Shown: in pieces, positions 57,816 through 64,000 of the stretch
Layout: the number at the start of each line of letters is the position of its first letter
How positions within the stretch are numbered: position 1 is the first letter of the stretch
Assembly: GCA_040081265.1 (NCBI GenBank)
Contig: JBEBGV010000001.1
Coordinates: forward strand, 28,279 to 92,278
Direction of reading: 5' to 3'
DNA length: 64,000 bases
From: Vicinamibacterales bacterium
GTDB lineage: Bacteria; Acidobacteriota; Vicinamibacteria; Vicinamibacterales; UBA2999
Made by a program: the position numbers and the translations under genes
The notes under the pieces: model-generated
Database searches by the model: none
What the model was told of the DNA's origin: nothing
What the model saw: only the letters and a program-made list of their open reading frames with translations

Positions 57816-59108
57816 TTGCCGTTTGCAACACTCGGCCTCTCGCCGTCTCTTTGTACCCCGCTCGTTCGTCTCGGCTACACGCAGCCAACCCCGGTTCAGA
57901 CCCAGTCCATCCCGCACGTGCTCAAGGGATCGGACCTGCTCGCCCGCGCCCAGACCGGCACGGGCAAGACCGCGGCGTTCGGCCTGCCGATGATCGATAG
58001 GCTCCTCGTGCGACGTCAGAACACCGGCCGTCGTATCGCCCCGATGGGCCTCGTGCTCGTGCCCACGCGTGAACTGGCCCTCCAGGTGCACAAGTCGCTC
58101 AGCGACTACGGCGCACCGCTGAACCTGCGCGTCACACCAATCTTCGGCGGCGTCTCGATGCATGCGCAGGTCAAGGCCCTCCAGCGCGGCACCGACATCG
58201 TCGTCGCCACGCCAGGCCGGCTGCTGGACCATCTGGGACGCAAGACCGTGGACCTGTCGAAGGTCGAAATTCTCACGCTTGATGAAGCTGACCGGATGCT
58301 CGACATGGGCTTCCTGCCGCCGCTGCGCAAGGTGCTCGCGGCGCTCCCGAAGAACCGCCAGACGCTGCTCTTCTCGGCCACCTTCGCCGCAGACGTGGTG
58401 AAGCTCGCCAGCGACTTCACCAACCAGCCGGTTCGCGTTGACGTGTCCGAGGGGCAGGCTGTCGCCACCACCGTGACGCATCGCGTGCACCCGGTGGGCG
58501 AAGGCAGCAAGACCGCTCTGCTGACGCACGTGCTGATGCAGAATCCGGCCGGCCAGGCGCTGGTCTTCTGCAAGACCAAGCGAGGTTCCAATCGCGTTGG
58601 CGAGTATCTCGAACGCACCGGCGTGAATGCTGCCGTGATCCACGGCAACAAGAGCCAGAGCGCCCGCACGCGCGCGCTGACTGACTTCAAGGCTGGTCGC
58701 GTGATGGTGCTCGTGGCCACCGACATCGCGGCGCGCGGGCTCGACATCGTGCAGCTCCCGCTGGTCGTGAACTACGACATGCCGCTCGTGCCCTCGGACT
58801 ACATCCACCGGATTGGACGCACCGGACGGGCCGGCCTCGCAGGACGCGCGGTGTCGCTGGTATCGCCAGCCGATCGTCCCCTGCTCCAGGACATTCAGCG
58901 GCTGCTGCCAGACCCGATCGAACAGGTTGTGCTGGAAGGCTTCAACAAGCCAGGCGACCCAGCCAGCGCCGATCGGCCTGGTTACCGCTCGCGTCCTGGC
59001 AGCCGCCAGCGTCGCAGTGGCGGCGCCGCGCCTTCGGCCCGGCGTAGCGGCCCCGCGGGTTCAGGCGGTCGGCCGCCGGCACGCAGCGGTCGCCGTCCCT
59101 CGTTTTAG
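57816..59108 (+). CDS. rhlE: DEAD-box ATP-dependent RNA helicase (RhlE-like)
   Basis: Contains the Q-motif PTPVQ, AQTGTGKTAAF, DEADRMLDMGF, SAT, ARGLDI and HRIGRTGRAG, with a basic RG-rich tail. The TTG start is preceded by CAGGAG. Confidence 0.85.
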   Translation: MPFATLGLSPSLCTPLVRLGYTQPTPVQTQSIPHVLKGSDLLARAQTGTGKTAAFGLPMIDRLLVRRQNTGRRIAPMGLVLVPTRELALQVHKSLSDYGAPLNLRVTPIFGGVSMHAQVKALQRGTDIVVATPGRLLDHLGRKTVDLSKVEILTLDEADRMLDMGFLPPLRKVLAALPKNRQTLLFSATFAADVVKLASDFTNQPVRVDVSEGQAVATTVTHRVHPVGEGSKTALLTHVLMQNPAGQALVFCKTKRGSNRVGEYLERTGVNAAVIHGNKSQSARTRALTDFKAGRVMVLVATDIAARGLDIVQLPLVVNYDMPLVPSDYIHRIGRTGRAGLAGRAVSLVSPADRPLLQDIQRLLPDPIEQVVLEGFNKPGDPASADRPGYRSRPGSRQRRSGGAAPSARRSGPAGSGGRPPARSGRRPSF

Positions 59109-59905
59109 GCGAACGTCCACACCTGATAGCCGTCGCGGAGCTCGCGCAGAAATGTCGCGAGGATCCACGACGGCACCTTCACCGTTCCTGCTTCCCGCGC
59201 ACGTCCCACAATCGAGGCGTTAGCCACCGCACGGTAGCCCGCCGCTTCAATTGACTCCTTCGGATGCGAGCTGCCGAACTCGAACTCGGCGCCCATCTGG
59301 CTGAGTTCCCGTCGCAGCGAACGACTGAAACGTCGGCAGAACGCCTGCGTCATCACATCGCAGATGAAGGTGGCATCGGGCAGGTGCGTGCGGATGGCGC
59401 GCGCCGTCTCGGTGAGCGCCGCAGGCGTCAGGTACATGCTGACGCCCTCCATCACGACGATCGCATCATCATCTCCGGCAAACGGAGCCAACGCTGCCGC
59501 AACCTGCGCGCCACCGAGGTCCACCGGTACCCGCGTGAGCGCGTTTGGAGCGCTCGCCGCAGGCAGCTTCTGTTCCTTGAAGTCCACGACCTCCGCGCTG
59601 TCAAACTCCCACCAGCGCCCGCCGGTGAGCCGGTAGGCGCGCGTGTCGAAGCCTGCCCCCAGCAGCAATACGCGCCGCTGAGGGTTCGCCTTCAGCGCGT
59701 CGCGCAGCAGGTCGTCGATCAGTCGGTGACGTGCGACGTTGCTGGCCGACGACCCGCTCTGGCGGAGCATCGGCCGCAACTGGGCACGAATGTCATCATC
59801 GAGAAAGCGTGCGGCGAAGGTATCGCCGCACACAGGTCGCACGCGCTCCGCGTCGTCAGCGCGGAGCGCGCAGCAATAGAACGCCGTTCGGGCGACCGGC
59901 GTCAC
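59105..59905 (-). CDS. Class I SAM-dependent methyltransferase (leucine carboxyl / O-methyltransferase-like family)
   Basis: Contains VARTAFYCCALRA..., VLLLGAGFDTRAYRL and VVMEGVSMYL. Confidence 0.75.
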   Translation of the reverse strand: MTPVARTAFYCCALRADDAERVRPVCGDTFAARFLDDDIRAQLRPMLRQSGSSASNVARHRLIDDLLRDALKANPQRRVLLLGAGFDTRAYRLTGGRWWEFDSAEVVDFKEQKLPAASAPNALTRVPVDLGGAQVAAALAPFAGDDDAIVVMEGVSMYLTPAALTETARAIRTHLPDATFICDVMTQAFCRRFSRSLRRELSQMGAEFEFGSSHPKESIEAAGYRAVANASIVGRAREAGTVKVPSWILATFLRELRDGYQVWTFA

Positions 59906-61323
59906 TTCTGGCCGATGAACTTCCTGAGCTCGGCGATCGGCACTGCGCCGCGGCCGTGAATGGGCGCAATCGTCGCCACGTTCAGCTTCAGCCGTCCGAT
60001 TTCTTCGTACAGCTTGACCGCGTTGGGTGGCGGCATCGCCGGAACAGGCGCGTCCGCCGGACCAGGGCTGTAGGCGTCGGCTTCGACGAGGATGCGCGGA
60101 CCAGGCAGATAGATCAGCGTGTACTCGTTGGTGTGGGTGTCGCCGGCTGTCGCATAGATCTCGATCCTCTGCTTGCCGTCGGTCAATTCGAACTTGTCTG
60201 ACACTGGCTGGAAGAGGGGTGCCTTCTGTGCCTTCGACTGCGAGTCTGGCGCGACCGTGGCGGGCGCCACCAGAGTCTTCTCGAAGTACGGGACGTTGGA
60301 CGCGTGCGTCACGATGGTCACGCCTTCGGCTGCGTACGTTCGCAGGCCGCCCGTGTGGTCGAAATGATGGTGCGTCGTCAGCACGTAGCGAATCGGCTTG
60401 GTCGGCACCAGCTTGCGCGCTTCGGCGAGAACGGCCAGCGAACGCTCTTCAGTCTGTGGCGCCTCGATCACCGCCACGTTGTCGGCGAACTCGACGACGA
60501 GGCTGTGGTGGGAGCCGCCGGTGAGATGCCAGACGCCGGGTGCAAGCAGCGTGCTGGTGACCGTGACGGGCGGGATAGTGGCCGCAGCCACTGCCTCAGG
60601 CACGGGCAGTTCGAGCCCGGGATTTGCGGCGACCTCGGAGATGGCCAGATCCCAGGACGGAAAGCCGCCCTCTTCGATGGCAATCTTCGCCGGGAACTTG
60701 ATGCCGTTGAAGTCCTTGTAGTCGCTGTAATTGGCGATGCGGGCGGTGTCGCCCATCACCGGGTTGGCGATCGTCGTGGACACGCGAGTGACCAGATTGT
60801 CTGCGCCGATCGTGCCCTCGACCTTGTACTTCCCGAGCGCGGTAAAGGAGACGACGCTCGGTGCAGTGCCTTCGCTCGGCGCCAGCGTTGCGTTGCCTGC
60901 TGCCAGCGCGCCCTTCACGAAGCCATGCGGGGTGAGCCAGATCTGCAGCTGACGATCCTCAGCCGCCGCCAGCTGTGGCACCGGGCCATTGGCGCCGATG
61001 TTCCAGGCCTTGTCGCCCACAACCTCGGTGTTCTGCTGCTGTCCGCCGAACACCGCCTGCGCAAACGTCATCTCCTCGCGGGACGCGCGCTTGTCGTAGT
61101 CGATCGTCCGCGCGTAGGCCGTCAGATCACGACGTGGCCACGCCTCGCCTGCTGTCAGCGCCTGCCCGACGAACGTGTTCATCCCCGTGCCCGAGTACCT
61201 GATAGACGTTGGATTGCCCATCGCCTGCTGCGCATCCTGCAGCACACTCGTCGCCGTCTTCGGTTGCGAACAGGCGGCGGTGAAGATCACCACGCCGGCC
61301 GCGAGCCATCGCCACTGTCTCAT
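59902..61323 (-). CDS. MBL-fold metallo-hydrolase lipoprotein
   Basis: Contains LTTHHHFDHTGGL (HxHxDH). The start is at MRQWRWLAAGVVIFTAACSQ (lipobox). The upstream part of the track ORF is rejected. Confidence 0.8.
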   Translation of the reverse strand: MRQWRWLAAGVVIFTAACSQPKTATSVLQDAQQAMGNPTSIRYSGTGMNTFVGQALTAGEAWPRRDLTAYARTIDYDKRASREEMTFAQAVFGGQQQNTEVVGDKAWNIGANGPVPQLAAAEDRQLQIWLTPHGFVKGALAAGNATLAPSEGTAPSVVSFTALGKYKVEGTIGADNLVTRVSTTIANPVMGDTARIANYSDYKDFNGIKFPAKIAIEEGGFPSWDLAISEVAANPGLELPVPEAVAAATIPPVTVTSTLLAPGVWHLTGGSHHSLVVEFADNVAVIEAPQTEERSLAVLAEARKLVPTKPIRYVLTTHHHFDHTGGLRTYAAEGVTIVTHASNVPYFEKTLVAPATVAPDSQSKAQKAPLFQPVSDKFELTDGKQRIEIYATAGDTHTNEYTLIYLPGPRILVEADAYSPGPADAPVPAMPPPNAVKLYEEIGRLKLNVATIAPIHGRGAVPIAELRKFIGQK

Positions 61324-61365
61324 CTCGTGCCTCCGGAAAAGTTGCAAACGGTGAATCATATCTCT

Positions 61366-62256
61366 ATGCCACGACGCGCGAGCCCTCCGGCCGAGGTAGA
61401 TGTCACAGAGTCCCTGGTGCGGGCTCTTCTCGAAGAACAGCACCCTGACCTCGCGGCCCTGCCTCTCACCGCTGCAGGCGCCGGGTGGGACAACGCGCTC
61501 TTCCGGCTTGGGGATTCCTTCGCGGTGCGGCTGCCTCGCCGCGCCGTGGCCGAACCGGGTCTGCTCAACGAGCAACGATGGCTGCCACAACTCGCCCCAC
61601 GACTACCGCTTCCGGTGCCCGCGGCGGTCCGGCTCGGCGTCCCAGGTTGCGGCTACCCCTGGAGCTGGTCCGTCACACCGTGGTTTGAGGGCAGGGTCAT
61701 CGAAGGTCCCACGCTGGGGCACAAGGCCGCGACGACGCTCGGCCAGTTTCTCGCTGCGCTGCATGTGCCCGCGCCGTCCGACGCGCCGGTCAGTCCATTC
61801 CGTTCCGTGGCGCTTGCCTCACGTGATGAGCGGTTGCGCAGCAACGTTGCGGACCTCGAGGGCATCGTGGATGGCGGTCGGGTTCTGAGGTGCTGGGATG
61901 AGTGGCGACGTGCGACCCCCTGGCCGGGACCGCCCCTCTGGGTGCACGGCGACCTGCATCCGTACAACGTTCTCGTCTCTGGCGACGACTTCGCGGCCGT
62001 GATCGATTTTGGTGACGTGTGTGCGGGAGATCCCGCTGTTGATCTCGCGGCCGGGTGGATGCTGTTCGCAGCGGCGGCTCGAGCGACGTTTCGCGCCGCG
62101 TACCGTCAGGAGGCCGTAGACGACGAGCAGCTCTGGATACGGGCGCGTGGCTGGGCGCTGGTGCTCAATCTCGTCTGGCTGGTTCAAGCTGCCGATGACG
62201 AACCGACGACGCGTCAGACGCTGGCGACGATAGAAGGACTGGTGGGTGGTGACTAG
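61366..62256 (+). CDS. Aminoglycoside phosphotransferase (APH) family kinase-like protein
   Basis: Contains GWDNALFRLG, VHGDLHPYNVLV and IDFGDVCAGDPAVDLA. Only the last 296 codons of track ORF 60304..62256 are coding. Confidence 0.8.
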   Translation: MPRRASPPAEVDVTESLVRALLEEQHPDLAALPLTAAGAGWDNALFRLGDSFAVRLPRRAVAEPGLLNEQRWLPQLAPRLPLPVPAAVRLGVPGCGYPWSWSVTPWFEGRVIEGPTLGHKAATTLGQFLAALHVPAPSDAPVSPFRSVALASRDERLRSNVADLEGIVDGGRVLRCWDEWRRATPWPGPPLWVHGDLHPYNVLVSGDDFAAVIDFGDVCAGDPAVDLAAGWMLFAAAARATFRAAYRQEAVDDEQLWIRARGWALVLNLVWLVQAADDEPTTRQTLATIEGLVGGD

Positions 62257-62258
62257 TG

Positions 62259-62321
62259 AGTTCCTAGTTCCTGGTTCCTGGTTCCTAGTTCCTGGTTGCT
62301 GGTTGCTGGTTGCTGGTTGGG
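62259..62321. repeat. Heptanucleotide tandem repeat, 9 units in two blocks
   Basis: AGTTCCT AGTTCCT GGTTCCT GGTTCCT AGTTCCT GGTTGCT GGTTGCT GGTTGCT GGTTGGG. It starts 3 nt after the APH stop and abuts a REP unit. Confidence 0.9.
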
Positions 62322-62323
62322 AC

Positions 62324-62352
62324 GTACGTAGGCCGGGTCCGAAGGACCCGGC
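62324..62352. repeat. REP-like element
   Basis: GTACGTAGGCCGGGTCCgaaGGACCCGGC. Confidence 0.85.
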
Positions 62353-62366
62353 GTTCACGGGCGCCG

Positions 62367-62870
62367 CTACGATCCCGACCGCGGGGTCTTCCAGATGCCC
62401 CGACCTGAGTCGGTGGACACTGGACCGCGCGGTGCGGCAGTCCGCGGCTGCGGGCGCGACGAGGGAACGAAGTGTTCGGATGGAAATTCTTCGAGTCCGG
62501 CAACGGCGTCATCCGTTCCCGTGGCGCGCAGGGTCGAGGGTTCAGCCGGCATGTCCGGGACGAGCATGGGAAAGGCGGGCGAGGGACCGCGACGTTCCTC
62601 GACCTCGGCGACGCGACGGGCACCGGCGCTTTCGGCTTCAGAGACCATCGACGACGCGGCCGAGCGCACGCGGGCAACGGCCGTCAGAACCGTAATCAGG
62701 TTGAGTCCCGCCAGCACGACGGCCGACGCGCGGTCGTCCTGCCAGAGCATCGCCGCCAGGGTGACGATGTCAGCGAGTGCAATGACGGTAAGAAAGCCGA
62801 TCAGTCGGCGCCTGGCGCCAGAAGACACCTGCATTCTTGGTGTAATCGGCTTTTTCGCGTCGGACCACAC
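62367..62870 (-). CDS. Hypothetical membrane protein
   Basis: 167-aa ORF with two TM helices (LIGFLTVIALADIVTLAAMLW; VVLAGLNLITVLTAVA) and a disordered C-terminus. Confidence 0.45.
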   Translation of the reverse strand: MWSDAKKPITPRMQVSSGARRRLIGFLTVIALADIVTLAAMLWQDDRASAVVLAGLNLITVLTAVARVRSAASSMVSEAESAGARRVAEVEERRGPSPAFPMLVPDMPAEPSTLRATGTDDAVAGLEEFPSEHFVPSSRPQPRTAAPRGPVSTDSGRGIWKTPRSGS

Positions 62871-62885
62871 CTCTGCTTGTTCAGC

Positions 62886-63629
62886 CTATCTGTTCTCCTT
62901 GTGAGCTGACCACCGCAGGAGGCCTCGCACGATTCCATACTCTTCACGGGTGAGTCTTTCGCGCAACGATCGCTGGCGCCATGCGAGACCGTCCGCGTTC
63001 CACACACACACGTCCCGGCCTGAGATCGCTTGGATGATGTGCTCCAACGATTCGCCTCGGCCGGACCGTGAGGGATCGAGGACAAACGTCGCACGCCACC
63101 GTGTCGCGCCGACCAGGCTGCGAAGAGTCGACGTGCGGAACGGTTCGAAGCGTGGGTAAAGCAGAGACGAGAGCTCAAGGCCGAGGGTACGGCTGAGTTC
63201 AGTCAGAGTGGACTCGTCCCGGCGATGGCATAGAACCGTGACGGGATGGGCCAGCTTGCAGGCGGCGAGGCGAGCGAGCAACGCGTGAAGCACAGGCCAC
63301 GGGCCAGATCGGATGACAAGCACCGGGCCTTCCACCAAATCTACACTGACCTGCTCCTCGACCTGCGGTGCTGCCTCAAGCAACGCCGCAAAGACCCGCT
63401 GTAGCGCCACCTCGAGGGGAAGCGTCGGGTCGATCGTGCTTCTCGAGGAGCGCATGCTCGGCAGGAGCGTCCACGGAGCCGCAGCGGTCAACCGACGCCG
63501 AACCCGACGCGACGACACAGGCGTCTCGACAACACTCCGCGCCGCCAACGTGGCTGCACGCATTCGGGCGTGCAGGGCAGCCGTATCTTGTGAGTTTCTT
63601 CTTCTTACGAGTTCGTCGCACGGGCTCAT
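62886..63629 (-). CDS. Hypothetical protein
   Basis: 247-aa ORF whose ATG shares one nt with the stop of the upstream glycosyltransferase gene (TGATG). No recognised family. Confidence 0.5.
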   Translation of the reverse strand: MSPCDELVRRRNSQDTAALHARMRAATLAARSVVETPVSSRRVRRRLTAAAPWTLLPSMRSSRSTIDPTLPLEVALQRVFAALLEAAPQVEEQVSVDLVEGPVLVIRSGPWPVLHALLARLAACKLAHPVTVLCHRRDESTLTELSRTLGLELSSLLYPRFEPFRTSTLRSLVGATRWRATFVLDPSRSGRGESLEHIIQAISGRDVCVWNADGLAWRQRSLRERLTREEYGIVRGLLRWSAHKENR

Positions 63630-64000
63630 CAGACGTTCTCTCCGTCGAGGACCATGGCATAGGCATCGACCGTCACGGCCGACGCCAGCAGGCTTTCGAC
63701 ATTCATCGACGACGACGGCCGTTCCGCGCTTTCAAGGATGTCGAGGTAGCGCGGGTGGACGGCCGTCCCGGTGTCACAGGTTGTCAGCAGGTGCGCACGC
63801 AGTACGCGACCGAGCGGCGCAAGAGACGCGCGATTCGACGTACACCATCGCAGGGCTCCTGCGACGCCGTCGGCGTCCGCGCGGTCTTCCACGAAGAGCG
63901 GATACTCGGTTGGAAAGACGTCGCCCACAGCCCGACCGCGTGTGACGACTACAGGCAGCCCGGCCGCCGCTGCTTCAAGCCAGGCGTAGCCAAACGGCTC
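63629..64000 (-). CDS. Glycosyltransferase family 1, C-terminal part (5' end outside the window)
   Basis: The reading frame is open to the window edge. EPFGYAWLEAAAAGLPVVVTRGRAVGDVF is the GT-B family 1 E-x7-E-type motif region. Confidence 0.7.
   Translation of the reverse strand, partial: EPFGYAWLEAAAAGLPVVVTRGRAVGDVFPTEYPLFVEDRADADGVAGALRWCTSNRASLAPLGRVLRAHLLTTCDTGTAVHPRYLDILESAERPSSSMNVESLLASAVTVDAYAMVLDGENV

Noticed and set aside
60304-61365. The N-terminal 354 codons of the 650-aa plus-strand ORF 60304..62256.
   Set aside because: This part is antisense to the MBL-hydrolase gene and has junk-like composition. Recognisable APH-family sequence starts only at Met 61366.
61819-62358. A 179-aa minus-strand ORF reading through the heptamer array and REP (…QPATSNQQPGTRNQEPGTRN…).
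   Set aside because: The translation is dictated by the repeats. The rest is antisense to the APH-like gene, and there is no independent coding evidence.

Overview
This is a high-GC bacterial chromosomal window. The gene content (a TonB receptor with a carboxypeptidase-regulatory-like N-domain, an ECF42-type sigma/YCII pair, many secreted SnoaL/NTF2-like proteins) looks like a soil Acidobacteriota-like organism, but the taxon cannot be established from the sequence alone. All domain and family calls come from reading motifs in the supplied translations; no searches were run.

The window has two parts.

(1) About 1-14.7 kb is a visibly lower-GC accessory region.
- It carries a large serine recombinase translationally coupled to two ParB/RepB-C-like genes, and an IS630-like HTH relic.
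- It carries several unknown genes, plus a J-domain/TM/SH3-like membrane protein with a small membrane partner.
- An HNH + HEPN (RNKIFH) gene pair is bracketed by two perfect copies of a 20-nt tRNA 3'-end fragment (att-like).
- It ends with an Abi-like gene, a Zn-ribbon-like gene, a DUF4268 nuclease-like gene and a small membrane gene.

(2) About 15.3-64 kb is mostly core-like.
- Recognisable genes: RNase II family, GAF histidine kinase, VIT1, ECF sigma operon, PPK2, manA, fhs, DUF1684, gltX, STAS, glsA, tRNA-Gln(CUG), OmpR/HK pair, signal-peptide katG, ApbE + ferric-reductase-like TM protein, Zn-ADH + P-type ATPase, deoxyhypusine-synthase-like, DUF2075 helicase-like, GYD, two DoxX, SDR/DUF2867, RhlE-like helicase, methyltransferase, MBL hydrolase, APH-like kinase and a glycosyltransferase end.
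- It is punctuated by a REP-like palindromic repeat family (7 loci), a heptanucleotide tandem array, and several decayed genes (DUF5996 with an internal deletion, FKBP with a homopolymer frameshift, and two abutting gene fragments).

The most interesting candidate is a tightly packed operon: Tat-Rieske lipoprotein, then YceI, then a secreted single-CXXCH protein fused to a porin-sized beta-rich body (Cyc2-like architecture), then a TonB-dependent receptor. The YceI gene also carries an in-frame 3 x 30-bp REP-derived insertion.

Many long ORFs in the track are antisense shadow ORFs, typical of high-GC DNA, and were not called.
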